Below, piece after piece: positions 1 through 13,812 of a DNA stretch of 64,000 nucleotides. Both the position numbers and the translations under genes were made by a program. Each line of letters starts with the position of its first letter. The first letter of the stretch is position 1. The notes beneath the pieces are model-generated. The model worked only from the letters and a program-made list of their open reading frames with translations, did not search any database and was not told the origin of the DNA. Location of the stretch: NCBI RefSeq assembly GCF_006345805.1, contig NC_043000.1, forward strand, positions 9,176,001 through 9,240,000, written 5' to 3'. The stretch is from Octopus sinensis. Lineage: Eukaryota.

Positions 1-190
1 TCTCTATCCCAAATCCTTACATCAGATCTTTTGTGTTAAGATTTTATTAAGGTTTTCACCGGGACATTCCTCCAGTACTCCTTTTTATTATGAGTGGCTA
101 TGGCTTCTGCCTTACTCTGAGTTCTTATTTCTTTGTTCTCGGAGTTATCCAGAGAAATTAGGTTTCCCAAAATTCTAATGGCGTCAACAA

Positions 191-519
191 TCTATATACA
201 TAAATATGTAATGGTGTCTGTCTGCGTGTGTGTGTTTGGGGTTACGCTAACTTCTCCTCACGATTTTTGGCACATAGGTAGATCACATGCCCTGAAGTTC
301 AAATAAGGCCGGAATTTTTCAAAAACTTGATACTGCTCAGTTGGCATCGATTTTTGTAAGCTTAATCGGGCGTTTCAATGGAAATTCCCATAACAATGTA
401 TTCTTCCTGCAGCACTTGCATTTTTTCACGTGTAAAATTTCAACAAAATCGATAGAATGGTCAGAGGTGGGCTTAACTTCAACACGGAAAACACGTGCAA
501 CGCCGGGTCCAACAGCTAG
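191..519 (+). mobile_element. Non-autonomous Helitron-like element
   Basis: Starts TCTATATACATAAA followed by GTCTGTCTG and ends GCAACGCCGGG...CTAG; same end architecture as 31418-31809. Confidence 0.55.
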
Positions 520-532
520 AATATATATATAT

Positions 533-850
533 ATGTCTTCTACTATAGTCACGAGTCAACCAAAGCCTTGTGAGTGGATTTGGTAGACGGAAACTAAAAG
601 AAGCCCGTCGTATATGTGTATAGATGTAAGAATGTATGTATTTGTGTGTCTGTGTTTGTCCTCCCACTATTGCTTGATAACCGATGCTGGTGTGTTTACG
701 TTCCCATAGCCTAGCGGTTCTGCAAATGAGACCGATAGAATAAGTATTAGGCTTACAAAGAATAAATCCTGGGTCGATTTGTTCGACTAATAGGCGGTGC
801 TACAGCATGGCCGCAGTCAAATGATTGAAACAAGTAAAAGAATAAAAGAA
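533..850 (+). mobile_element. Composite tRNA-derived SINE (family D), 5'-truncated
   Basis: GCCTTGTGAGTGGATTTGGTAGACGGAAAC body, internal TA/TG run, and GGCGGTGC..CAGCATGGCCGCAGTCAAATGATTGAAAC tail with (AAAAGAAT)n; recurs at 12170, 19272 and 21655. Confidence 0.85.
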
Positions 851-1282
851 TACACACACACACACACACATATACTGTATATATATATATAACCTTTAAC
901 GACAGTGTCGAAGCATAATCGTTGTTCATTGATTGAAACCAGTGAAAAAGTAGGACTTATAAAATGTAGCCACATTCCTGCATATATTTTCCACAGTAAC
1001 TGAAAGTAAATGAATAACGGAAGCATTTTCTCTGATCAAAATCTGCATTTCTTCCCCATTCATTAAATAAAAATATATTTCAAGATGGTATTTGAGATCA
1101 AATCAAATCTATTTTAGATTAGTAAGCATTATCATTCGCATAGTTTCTCTCTAATCGTTGACATTCAAATTTTATTTATCAGATTTTTTCTTCTTATTTT
1201 ACAGTTCTATAAAAATGAATAACTACAAAATATAATTGCTTTCTGGCTTTATCCAAGATTGCCGGAGAACATTGAAAACTGA

Positions 1283-1290
1283 ATTATTAC

Positions 1291-1365
<75 letters not shown>
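1283..1365. repeat. (ATT)n microsatellite
   Basis: Direct reading. Confidence 0.97.
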
Positions 1366-1366
<1 letters not shown>

Positions 1367-1494
1367 TCCCCCTTTCAAAATGCCTCGTTACTAAAACCAT
1401 CGACATCACAATGTTAGTCTACTTCTAAGTTAAGCAATCATTTTAATGGTTTCTAATACATGAATTATTTACTTAAATTCAATGCAAAAGTAAA

Positions 1495-1660
1495 TGGAAC
1501 TCCGTCGGTGTCCGCGATGACTATTCAATTGTTCAATCAGCAGATTCGCCTGCACATTTTATTAGCGTGCAAGTGGCTGGGTATTTCACAGATGTGATCT
1601 GTTAACGTAATAATACTCAACTAAAATCAATGCCACACCGTCTGACAAGGCTGTACCTAT
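1495..1660 (-). mobile_element. Old fragment of family B SINE 3' half
   Basis: Degenerate match (ACTCCGTCGG...GTGCAAGTGGCTG) to the tail of the 13813-14191 copy. Confidence 0.6.
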
Positions 1661-2359
1661 GATTACAGATAATATCAATCTGCCGGACTTCTGTACCATT
1701 TCTGTTTAGTCAGATTCACTCACAAGGTTCAAGTCGACTGGAGACCGTGAGGCAATGCGTTTCCCCAAGATACTGCGCTGTGGGATCGGACCAAGCCCCG
1801 CATGACTGTGAGGCAAACAGGTTAACCATACGGTCATGCAACAGACGGTCAGTCAATCTAGTTATAGTATATGCAATTAATATAATCTTTCTTGTTATAT
1901 ATTTAAAATATTGATTTCTAACGTAACAGCACAACCAGATATTGTGGATGTTACTGTTATTGGTGGTGGTGATGTTTTTGCCGATTAGGCTGTAGTCAAT
2001 ACTAATAGAGCAAACCTGAGATCAAAGGACCTTCCAATTGCGACTATTCCCGACTTTTTATGTCAATTTAGAAGTTGATTAGGTAACGTTCTCTGTGCTT
2101 AAGACATAAGAGTGTGATTCGTGGGAGAGTTAGCTGCTATTTCTAGAACGTCGTGTGACCGTTCTGAAGCTATCTTGTTGACTCACGCTCAGAAATTTCA
2201 TGAGAAAATATGTATGTTTTAATTGGACCTTAAACAACGGCAATCCGAAATTTGGATATCAGGCCTTAGGTCGAAGAACCTTCCACACACGCGCGCGCGC
2301 ACACACACATAGACACACGCACGCACACACACACACATATATATATATCAATAGATACA

Positions 2360-2401
<42 letters not shown>

Positions 2402-2509
2402 TCTTTTAGTACTTATTTCCATCGGTCTCTTTTACTGAACCGCTAAGTTACATGGACGTAAACATACCAGCATCGGTTGTCAAGCGACGTTGGTGGGGGA
2501 CAAACATAC

Positions 2510-2555
<46 letters not shown>

Positions 2556-3574
2556 TATATATAATTATATGTGTGTGTGTATGTATGTATGTATGTATGT
2601 ATGTATGTATGTATGTATGTATGTATGTATGTATGTTTGTATATGAATGTGTGTCTGCATAAGCACAGATTAAACGATAATCTGAAACGCCTGAATATTA
2701 GGAAAGAAAACTTTAAGAATCTTGCTAGAAACCGTGCGCACTGGAGGAGAGAGTGCTTTTTCCAGCTTCAAGATTTCGAAACACAAGGGGTACTGCATCA
2801 AGAGCAGATAAGATGAAAGCAAGAAAAAAAAAGAACAAAAACCAACAGAACAACAGTCTTCCTACAAACCACCATTGTCCACATTGTATATTTCTCAGCT
2901 AAATCACGTGCTGGATTACTAAGTCATGCTCATACTCATATCCGTATTGCTTTTAGTGGCCTGAGGATTCACCTGATGAGTCACCAGGTGAAGTGAAGGA
3001 ATTGTAAGCATTAGTTAATGGTAGTAATAGCATTCGATGGGAGAGACCGTCATACGCAAATGCACACGCACACACACATACACACACGCACACACACACA
3101 TGAAAAAACTGTAGAGTGATCTGGTTCATAAATTATTTTATAGTCATACGTACTTCAATTAAGAATTAGAAAACTTACCTGGCTCGGCTTGCCTACTCTG
3201 GCCATAGTCTTCACTGAGATGGCGTAATTAAATAAGTTATGAATCAACTCGTTAGTTTTATTTTATGTTTGTTTCTCTTTATGAACTCTGGAATCTTTCT
3301 AACTATGAATAGTAGTGAAAAGACTATAATACATGAGTTCTCTTCGCCGTTTTCTCTTTCGATGTGTAAGGATGCACATGGCTTTTTAAATATTAAAATA
3401 GTTATATGCTATTTAATTTAAATCGCACTATAGAATCCCTCAGCGGAATGTGAATTTGGAATCTAAATAGCCGGAACAGATTCTGCAGGCATTTTTATCC
3501 CATCGCTCTAACGATTCTTCCATTGCCCACCGCCCTATATTATTGTTTGTAGGACAGTTACAAGGCCCTATGTA

Positions 3575-4150
3575 GTGAGCTGGAAGAGTCATTAGTATGC
3601 CAGACAAAATATTTGGCAGGATTTCGTTCGTCTTTACGTTCTGAGTTCAAAATACCGACTTTGCTTTTCATCCTTTCGGGTCGATAAAATAAGTACCAGT
3701 TGAACGGTAGGGTGGATGTAATCGACCTACCATCTCTCCGGAAATTACTGGTCTTGTGCAAAAATTTGAAATCAATAAAGGTACAAGCCCTGAAATTTGG
3801 AGGTAGGGGTTAGTTGATACGAAATACACCAGTACTTGATTGGTTCATTATTTTCTCGATTCCGAAAGGATGAAAGGCATCGTTTGACATCAGCGGGAAT
3901 TTGAACTTATAATGCAATAATACGGAACAAATGCCGATCCTCCAGCGATTGTGAAAATTTACTGCCATCGATTGGCTCTATCGCAGGCAAAATGACTGAA
4001 ATTTGAAGGAAGGAGTTGGGGACATAACGTTGACGCTAGTTTCTGACTGGTAACTAATTTTATAGATCACTGAAGGATGAAAGGTGAAGTTGATCTCCTC
4101 GGTGGAATTTGAACTGGGAACGAAGAGGCGGTACAAATTCCTCAAACTAA
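3575..4150. mobile_element. Cluster of three degenerate family A SINEs (one +, two -)
   Basis: TTTCATCCTTTCGGG.TCGATAAAATAAGTACCAG core on + (about 3665-3700) and GGATGAAAGG..GAATTTGAACT on - at about 3865-3910 and 4075-4115. Confidence 0.7.
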
Positions 4151-4161
4151 TTCTACTAATG

Positions 4162-4415
4162 TGGAGGCGTGTGGCTTAGTGGTTAGGGTGTCAGCATCAT
4201 AATCGTAAGATTGTGGTTTCGATTCCTGGACCGGGCGACACGTTGTGTTCTTGAGCAAAACACTTCATTTCACATTACTCCAGTTCACTCAGCTGGCAAA
4301 AAATTAGTAACGCTGCGATGGACTGGGGTCTCGTCCAGCTGGGGAACACATACGCCATTGAAAACGGGAAACTGGGCCCATGAGCCTGGCTAGGCTTTAA
4401 AAGGGCGCATTTATT
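4162..4415 (+). mobile_element. tRNA-derived CORE-like SINE (family C)
   Basis: Box A TGGCTTAGTGG, box B GGTTTCGATTCC, then TGTGTTCTTGAGCAAAACACTTCATTTCAC..CCAGTTCACTCAGCTG resembling the CORE domain. Confidence 0.8.
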
Positions 4416-4653
4416 TTTATCTTAATTCTACTAATAGCTTTAATACAGAAACAGGCCACAAGATTGCACATAAGTCTAACATGACAAAAATAACAGAACA
4501 CAAATTGTGTGTGTGTATAAACACACACACACAAATATAAACATGTGAGTATATGCACACCACACGCACACACACGCACACACACACATACACACACACA
4601 CAAATATAAACATGTGTGTATATGCACACCACACGCACACACACGCACACACA

Positions 4654-4698
<45 letters not shown>

Positions 4699-6467
4699 CA
4701 GTAATGCAAAATGACTGTGTTGTACAGAAGCCAACTAATAGTCTAAGAAAGTATTTACTGACGTACTTGTTGAATATAAAATGTCCCAATGATGTCATTA
4801 GTAACCGCAGCACCTCACGTGATATACGACAGCTTATGTAAGGTCGTTGATAGAATCCCTCTCCGAACAGATACATGTAGGGCTCATACAAAAACGATCG
4901 TAGAATTCAAACGGCAACCTGTCGATAACAGAACCCGAAATAAATTAATAAACAGATAAATAAATAAATAGCTGAATAAAAATGAAAGAGAAAAATAAAA
5001 ATAAATGATGTTATTTCCTCCGTTAAGATTTATAGTATGACATTTATGCACCATTTGTTGCTGTGTGCTTTTAAAGCTATAAATGTCAGTCACAGTTTTG
5101 TTTACATGACGATTTTATTGCCTGTCTGAGATCGCTAGCCTGCATACCGAAATCTATATCGAGCCAGTATTGCTCCCGATGGTACTGCGTAGCCAGGGAT
5201 TTATACCTGGTTTAGAAGTGCTAGCAGAAGTAAAACTGTTCTATGAAAGTTTGGCAGTACTACAGAAGATGTCCACGGCAATGATGTGCTATGGAAATTT
5301 GGTAATGCCAAAGAAGTCAACCATAATACTTGAGTTGAAAGTTCTCCGGCATAGAGAGTTCAGCTGATCTTCGTCGACGACTGAAATTTCCCCGGAGATT
5401 GTCGTCGATCTTACCTGCTTCTATTAACGGTGTTGCTGTTATTGTTTCTGAGATCCCATTTATTCGTACAATAAAAGCCCATGCAAAAGTGTGACAAAAT
5501 TGTGATTATATTCAAAGTTACGTATAAAAAACAAACGAGGGAAAAATGTAAAGGCGTTATACAATATATTGAAGCTTTAAAGAATTTCTCTTTTATTAAA
5601 TTCCGGGCGGTTTTCTACTAGCCCCTTGATTATATTTTCATATTTGATTCCCAGTCATAATCTCTCTCTTTTAAACAAACATCACGGTAGTCCAACAACA
5701 GAGGGAGAGGCAATTTTTCAAGCTTTACCTTCCTCTCAAAGCAACATAGAGATTACTATTCAGCAGCCCATTTGTAAGCTTTGCAGTTTGTGTGTGAGAA
5801 AGAGGGGGGAAGGGAGGGAGAGAGAGAGGATGAGAGAGAACATTTCAAACAATGAATGAAACAATCATGAAATGCAAAAATCGTATAAATAAAATGACGT
5901 TATTACAGATGTATACGCCTCCGACTTCTTGCTTCATAACATCCAGAAAAATGGATACTTTTTAACAAAATTTTCTACAAACATCACTTAGATGTTGCGG
6001 CTTCAGAGTATGTAGGGATTTATGGGAAGGAATTTTTCCGGGGGTGGGGAAGAGGAGTTTTGAAACATTCACACGATCTGACTTTTTTCCCGCATAACTT
6101 TCAGGAAAATGGGTATCTTTTGATGAAAATTTATACAAATCCCTTTCAAACGGCGTAGATTACGATTTTAAAGAAATTTATGGGGAAAACCTTTTCGGGG
6201 ATTTTCCACATTTTTTTTTAAACCACAGCCTTCGAAACTATTTTCGAACCACTCCGGCCCATTTTGGCCATCTTTTTTTTTTATTGCACTTCAAAACCAT
6301 GGGAAGAGCATTTTCGATGGAAAAAAAAATTGTTAATATTTTCAGAAAGAAAAGTGAGTGATTTAAGGGCGATTTGGCTGTTGTTTTTCGCACATCCAAA
6401 GACAACCCTCCTCGTTTCGTTATTACTCTTGCATGTACTGATGTTTTTCAGTATTTTTTCCCTATAG

Positions 6468-6884
6468 GGCGGTGAGCTGGCAGAATCGTTAGCACGCCGG
6501 GCGCAATACTTAGCGATATTTCGTCTGCCGTTACGTTGTGAGTTCAAATTCCGCCGAGGTCGACTTTGCCTTTCATCCTTTCAGGGTCGATAAATTAAGT
6601 ACCAGTTACGCACTGGGGTCGATGTAATCGACTTAATACCTATGTCTGTCCTTGTTTGTCCCCTCTGTGTTTAGCCCCTTGTGGGTAATAAAGAAATAGA
6701 TATTTCGTCTGCCATTACGTTCTGAGTTCAAATTCTACCGAGATCAACTTTGCCTTTTATCCTTTCGGGGTCAATTAAATTAACTATTAGTCACGCACTG
6801 GCGTGGATGTAATCGACTTAATCTGTTTGTCTGTCCTTGTTTGTCCCCTCTATGTTTAGCCCCCTGTGGGCAATAAAGAAATAA
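6468..6884 (+). mobile_element. Dimeric tRNA-derived SINE (family A, Meta-domain-like core)
   Basis: GGCGGTGAGCTGGCAGAATCGTTAGC head, box B GAGTTCAAATTC and GCCTTTCATCCTTTC.GGGTCGATAAA core; body repeated from about 6700. Confidence 0.88.
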
Positions 6885-7869
6885 ATAGTTTTCCCCCATA
6901 AATACAGTTATATACTATAAAAAAGAAAATTTGAGAAATTATGAATTTTTGACAACACCACTCCCTGCTCGCGATTGTTTCTGTTTAGTAATTAAAATAT
7001 TGGAGAACTTGAGAAGGTCATTACTGGCATTCATCCACAGTGATTTTAAAAAATTACAGTGACTTGATCTGAGATCGTGTGATGAAACAAAAATAATTGC
7101 AATTTGTAAACCATCCAAGATCTCAGAAAAACCGTTACTTTCACTTCAACATTAAAATTTCGTTTGTGGCAAAATATTTACGTCGCTTTGAAACTGCGAC
7201 CTGTTCACTGACAAAACTTCACAAAAGTGATGCTGCACGAAGTTTTGTCAGTGATCAGGTTGCGGTTTCAAAGCGACGGTAGGGGTAAAAAATTTAGATT
7301 ACGATTTATTTTGTTGTTTTTCTTCCACCAGTGGACCATGTATGTGTTACTTTGGCATCATCATTCCATTCTCAGTTATTGCTGCCAAGACTGCCAGATC
7401 ACGTGATTTCGGCTTTACTTGCCCTTATCAATGGCAGAACCCCTGGCTAGAGACAACAGCGATTCCTCCGTCAGTGATATATATATATAGAATCTCAGTG
7501 ATTATTCCTGCAGTAGTGTTGCAAATAAACATTGAGCTTATTAAAGAATAATCAATGCGACAGACGTGGTATTAATACTAATAGGTAATATTTATACTTA
7601 CTTACAGTGAAGGCGCTTGGCGTTGTGGTTAGTGTATTCGGCCAAAAAGTGTAAGGTGATGAGTTTGATACCCGGCAGCGCGTTGTTTCCTCGAGCAAGA
7701 CCTTTTATTTCAAGTTGCTCTTCATTTCACGTCCACTCAGCTGGCAAAAATAATTTGTACGAAACGCATTACAGGAATCGAACAAACGTTCTTACGATCC
7801 ATAAGCCAAATCAATCCCCATAGCACTAAGCCATGCCGTCTTCGCCTATTCACTATTCGAGCAAAACGT

Positions 7870-8245
7870 GGAGACGCAATGGCCCAGTGGTTAGGGCAGC
7901 GGACTCGCGGTCGGATTGCGGTTTCGATTCCCAGACCGGGCATTGTGAGTGTTTATTGAGCGAAAACACCTAAAGCTCCACGGGGCTCCGGCAGGGGGTG
8001 GTGGTGAACCCTGCTGTACTCTTTCACCACAACTTTCTCTCATTCTTTCTTCCTGTTTCTCTTGTACCTGTATTTCAAAGGGCCAGCCTTGTCACACTCT
8101 GTGTCACGCTGAATCTCCTCGAGAACTACGTTAAGGGTACACGTGTCTGTGGAGTGCTCAGCCACTTGCACGTTAATATCACGAGCAAGCTGTTCCGTTG
8201 ATCGTATCAGCTGGGACCCTCATCGTCGAAACCGACGGAGTGCTC
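7870..8245 (+). mobile_element. tRNA-derived SINE (family B, Nin/Deu-like central domain suspected)
   Basis: Box A TGGCCCAGTGG, box B GGTTTCGATTCC; near-identical reverse copy at 13813-14191. The domain name is tentative. Confidence 0.85.
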
Positions 8246-8791
8246 CTATTATATATTCGAGCAAAACGATCCCCGTCCAATGGACGGCGCTGAGTTGTCA
8301 AGCATTTAAACCAAATTTTCTCAAAACAACTTGTCCGACTGTCCCATAGGCATCCCCTTTGAGAAACACTGATTTAACCTAAATTTGAGACCACAGCAAA
8401 AGAAGAAATAAAAATAGACTTTTTTCTATTCCAAGAAAAACGATTTTACTCACTTTATCAATCGCATTCCCACCTGGAATAGATTTTTGTAATTTTTTCA
8501 ATACTTATACACACCCTGATATCGTCGGTATCTACATATCAAATTTGAGCGCAATCGGATGGAGGATGCCCGAGATACTAGAAACCACACATACGCACAC
8601 ACAGACAGAACGGATTTTATATAAGAGATATAGGACATCTCTTTATATATATATATGTGTGTGTGTGTGGCCTGCTCGCTTAGCCAGCAAGGAGGCGTCA
8701 TTTGAAGGCTAGAACAATGCGAAACGCATTGTGACCAGCGATGTGTAGCAACATCTGATAGCCTGGTCGGTCACAGTGATCACGGTGATAT

Positions 8792-8839
<48 letters not shown>

Positions 8840-9425
8840 ATATATATATGTATGAATGTATGTATATGATATATATAAAGACATAATTAAATATATAAGA
8901 TATTTGTGTGTGTGTGTGTGTGTAAGAATACATGGTATACATAAGACATAATTTTAAAAGACATAAATTAAAGAAGACACAACTTCTGAATCATAAGAAA
9001 TCTCGCCCCAACTCTGATTCTTCTGTTCCTTCACGTTCACTCGGTGCAAAGATAGAAAATTTCTTGTCTCAATGTAATAATCGCTATAATAAAGATAAGC
9101 TTGTCATCGGTCTCCATAATAGACACAATAAAGATAATAAGGTTGTCATCACTCACCATGCTAAAAATATCAATAACGTATAAATAATTAACATAGCAAT
9201 ATCAAATTACTTTAATGTTGTGCAGAAATAAGCCGAAAATCTAAGGAATGATGACAACTTGATCTTTAAAAAATTGGAAAATAATGGAGGTGTCCTTCAT
9301 TCCGTTTCGAATTGCTAAAACTGGAATGGTTATCAGTCGTCTTCGTAAAGAATTAAAAAAATTACTGAATTACTTGTGCTTGAGCAGTGTTCATTTTTTA
9401 TTTTATTCCTGTTGTAATGGACTAC

Positions 9426-9706
9426 GGAGGCGCAATGGCCCAGTGGTTAGGGCAGCGGACTCGCAGTCGGAGGATCGCGGTTTCGATTTCCAGACCGGGC
9501 GTTGTGTGTGTTTATTGAGCGAAAACACCTAAAGCTCCTCAAGGCTCCGGCAGCGAGTGATGGCGACTCCAACTTTCTCTCACTCTCTCTTCCTGTTTTT
9601 TGAGTAACGCTGCGATGGACTGGCGTCCCGTCCAGCTGGGGGGAACACATACGCTACGGAAACCGGGAAACCGGATCCATGAGCCTGGCTTGGCTTGAAA
9701 AGGGCG
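9426..9706 (+). mobile_element. Chimeric SINE (family B head + family C tail)
   Basis: Matches the 7870 copy to about 9600, then matches 4305-4405. Confidence 0.8.
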
Positions 9707-10578
9707 AAGAGTAAGAGAGAGAGAATGTACTACAGAATAAACCAATGAATTTGAGCTTTTACGTGTGCAAATTAAACTTAATTAGATAGAGTAGGGAGTC
9801 GTAAACTGCTGTCATTTCATATAAACTCGTAGAGGACAGGGAAAGCGAGGAATCAGCAGGACGACTTAGACTCATATCGAAATTTCATCAGAAATTAACT
9901 TCCCGTCTAGGCTAAAAAATCTGCTATATAGGTTTACATATTCTATATCGCACCTTCTTACTTTGTGCACTGGGTTCCCTGTTGACTGGCATTTAATATT
10001 AATTGCAAATTAGTAGGTCCAGTTCCCAGGAGCTACTTGATTAGATGTGTATATAAACAGAATAGTTGTTCGTTTCTCTGGGATTTATCAAGTGATGTAG
10101 CCACCTCTGATGAGATTCCAATAAGGATCGAAAATCGATTGAGATTGTTCATCATATTTTTCTGTCTACGGGGAAATAGATAAACTTCACAAGTTCATAT
10201 GTCTATTACGCGAATTTAATATAAAAACAAACTCCTAAGTTTTCAGGAATATCATCCACAATGCATCATAAAATATTATTTCAAAGAGACGACTCGTTGA
10301 CGAGAAATTCAAAAGTGTACATATTTCCTTTCAAATACATAAGTAAATAACCCCGAGGAGGTTTTTTGACACAACTCTACACAAAGGAGTGGCAACCATC
10401 AATTACAACAACACAAAGAAGAATGTTGGAATGTCAACCATAGATACTGAGCTTAAATTCTGTAACGGGTCCTGATGGATTCTTAGCAACGCCTCATAGA
10501 CTCATACAAACAAGCTCTAGCTTAGCCACTCTAGAAATTCTTTAAAAGCTTCCTGGCAAGGGAAAAATGCCCACCTCC

Positions 10579-10612
<34 letters not shown>

Positions 10613-10627
10613 TTAATAATGATGATA

Positions 10628-10676
<49 letters not shown>

Positions 10677-10737
10677 CGATGATGATGACGATGACGATGA
10701 CGATGACGGTGATGATGATGATGATGATGACGATGAA
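10579..10737. repeat. Compound (AAT)n/(GAT)n/(GAC)n microsatellite
   Basis: Direct reading. Confidence 0.97.
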
Positions 10738-11584
10738 GCTGTATTATGCTTTATTTATAAATGTGGAAGCAGAGCAGTGTTACGAATGACAGGCCTATCT
10801 CTTCGCCTTCGCATATCAGAAAAGTCAGAGCCAATTATCAAAAGAAAATTTCTCAGAAGAAATTGACTTGCTAACAAAAGGTCAAATAGTCACGTTGTGG
10901 ATGTTTGAATATTCAGCATATCTGCGACAATGAAAATACTGCCACTTCTGTACTTTCAAGTGCGCGGAAGATGCAGTATAGACAGAGGTTACGGTTCTCT
11001 AACCACCCCCAAGAGACTGCGTTCATTGTTGAAGTGCTGCTTAATAAGTTGTGGTCAGAGTCTTTGTTGATGAGTGAGGGCTTCCTTGGCGACACCGATT
11101 ATGGATTTTCCTTTTGTGGCGGTCAGCGATGAAATACTACCGTTTCCGTAGTTTTAGGTACACGGAACGTGTAATAAAGGTGGAAGCAGTTGTAATACTC
11201 CGATTCTCTGCATGGTGGTCTCCCCTGTTGAAATCCTCTTCAGTCATTGGCCATCAATCGACAAACATGATAATATTAGATAACTTCATCATCTGTTTGT
11301 TTTCTTTATTTCTCTCACTCCTTTTATTTATTTATTTATTTATTTATTTCTCGATTCGTGTGTGTTCAAGATCTTTAATAGAAAATCTCTAGATTTCGCT
11401 GTTCATGACCGTTTTTTTTTTCTTCTTCAAAACTATATAACTGTCACATAGCAAGAAACTGGTTCTGGTCCGGACCCATCTTTCATGATTTAACCTCTCA
11501 CCACCCTCAATAAACCAGCTCCATCTCTACTGTAGCTCCATTTGGTCGAAAGGAATCTTAGTCTTGCAGGCTGGATAACGATCT

Positions 11585-11800
11585 CACTGGTGCTGGTGTC
11601 ACGAAAAGAAAGAAAAAAAAAAGCACCCAATAAAACTCTGTAAAATGGTTGGATTTAGGTTGGGCATCTGTTTGTAGAAACCATGTCAAAGCAGACGCTG
11701 GTTCACGACGCTGTCCTCGGACTCGCCGAATACTATCAAACCGTCCAACCCATGCCCAGCATGGAAGATGGACGTTAAAAGAGAACGCTGATGATGATGG

Positions 11801-11855
<55 letters not shown>

Positions 11856-11875
11856 GATGATGATGATGATGACAA
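11585..11875 (+). mobile_element. SINE/LINE 3' end with RTE-type tail and (GAT)n
   Basis: CCAACCCATGCCCAGCATGGAAGATGGACGTTAAA followed by a (GAT)n tail. Confidence 0.6.
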
Positions 11876-12169
11876 AGACGGAAGTCATTAGAAATAGCCG
11901 TAGAAGATAGGATATGCGATTTTTTAAATATTTTTTTTTGCTGATGGATATGGAAATGATTTTGAGATATGCTATCGATAACTCTCATCAAATTAAGATA
12001 GACGCAAACTATTTTTTCAGCGTTTCTATTTTGCGTATTTATCGATCACATTGCTGATAACATTTCAGGAAGGACACAGAAAAATCTCCTGACCTTGACT
12101 GGATGTACTAATCGAGGACTTATGACTTCAGACAACAATCAGGAAGACTAGATGCTTTTTCTTTTTTGC

Positions 12170-12575
12170 CAGGCGCAGGCGTGGCTGTGCGGTAAGAAGC
12201 TTTCTTCCCAGCTATATGGTTTCGGGTTCAATCCCACTACGTGGTACCTTGGGCAGATATCTTCTACTTTAGCCTCGGGCTGACCAAAACCTTGGGAGTG
12301 GATTTGGTAGACAGAAACTGAAAGGAAACCGTTGTATATGTGTGTGTGTGTTTGCGTTTGTTCACCCCTCTCCAGTATCACTTAACAACCGGTGTTGGTG
12401 TGTTTACGCCCCCGTAACTTACCGGTTCAGTAAAAGGGACCGAGACAATATGTACTAGGCTTACAACGAATAAGCCCTGCGGTCGATTTCTTCGACTAAA
12501 ACCCTTTAAGGCGGTGCCCCAGCACGGTCGCAGTTAAATGACTCGAAACAAGTAAATGAATAAAAGAATAAAAGG
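12170..12575 (+). mobile_element. Full-length composite SINE (family D)
   Basis: GGCGCAGGCGTGGCTGTGCGGTAAG head, box B GGGTTCAATCCC, CORE-like ACCTTGGGCAG, body, and GGCGGTGCCCCAGCA tail. Confidence 0.88.
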
Positions 12576-13462
12576 ATATATAACGACGTAGAATTAAAGA
12601 TTATTTTTTATGTTCTAGAATCAAAGAAGAATGAATCTGAAATGTCAAAAAACAACCCATTAAAAGTCTGGGGATTATCGACATGCTAACACTTAATGAT
12701 GTTGAGTGAGCTGTTGCTATTGAGACAAATTGAAGATAGGGAAAAAGTGACATTAGTAGCCGATTGTTACTATGGTTTTTAGCTTTAGGTAAGCACTACT
12801 TAGGTAAATCTATGATTACGGCATTACAGCCGTGACTATCCCACCTTGCTTGTTCTTTCTCGTTTTAAATGTAGTTTCGTTAGAAATACATCATCGGAAA
12901 TGTCTTCTTAATGTGGTAAAAGGATTGTCTGATATGACTAGTAGAACATCCGTGTAGCAGTTCCCTAGTTAGCGTGTTAAGAAACTTGTAATGCCTAAAA
13001 GCTGGTTCAAGATGTGATCTTTTTCGTGCCGAGACTCTCTTCAGATGTATAAGATCTCATTATTGATAATGGACAGAGTGGAAACAGATGCAGACGATAT
13101 TGGCTAAGGTTGCAAAGCTCTACTGATATCTAAGAAATGATATTTAATTATTATAAAATAACGAAATCTTACAAACTTACACCGCTCAAAATGATTTACT
13201 TTATATCATTTGAAGTTTCGAAAGTCTTAAGACGTAATCAAAATAAAATTCTCTCTAGTAAACAAAATTTCCCAAATAGATGGAGAAAATTCTTAGTGTT
13301 ACTTTGGTGTAATGGCTAGAAAATGAAGGACACCTACATTATTTTCCAACGTCTGTAATGTGATATCGAATCCCACGAACAGCCTTCGACTGTTTTTTCC
13401 ATTTAAGTTGGGTTTTTTTTTTACCGAATACTCTAGAAACTATTATTTGTTGCATTATCTAA

Positions 13463-13640
13463 GGTGGCGAGCTGGCAGAATCATCAGCTCGCCGGACAAA
13501 ATGCTTAGCGAGTTTTCTTTCGGATCTTTACGCTCTAAGTTCAAATACCGCCAATCGACTATGCCTGTCAATCTTTCGGTGATCGATAAAATAAGTAACA
13601 GTCAAATACTCGTGTCGATGTAATCGACCATCGCCAATTT
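13463..13640 (+). mobile_element. Family A SINE
   Basis: GGTGGCGAGCTGGCAGAATC head and TCGATAAAATAAGTA core. Confidence 0.75.
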
Positions 13641-13812
13641 GTTTTGTATCAAAATTTGATACAATTATATATAGCTTTATCTGCTTCAGGTTCCACCGTA
13701 AAAAGTGCTGTTGTTACACAGCTTAGCCTCTCTTAACCATTGCTAAATATGACAGGTGTTATTGTTACACAGCTTTGGCTGCTCTCAATCATTGCTAAAT
13801 TTGGCAGTGTAA

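Noticed and set aside
2970-3010. Hammerhead-like CTGATGAGTCACCAGGTGAA
   Set aside because: No GAAA core or stem I/III partner; at most a heavily decayed relic.
8932-9183. 83-aa basic ORF with a short internal repeat
   Set aside because: No recognisable domain; this length is expected by chance.
9426-9500. tRNA genes at the tRNA-like heads (also 4162, 7870, 23667, 48299)
   Set aside because: Box A and B are present but there is no complete acceptor stem and each continues into a SINE body.
10107-10145. Hammerhead-like CTGATGA-GATTCC..GGATC-GAAA
   Set aside because: Stem I cannot be formed and there is no PLE context; kept only as a possible relic.
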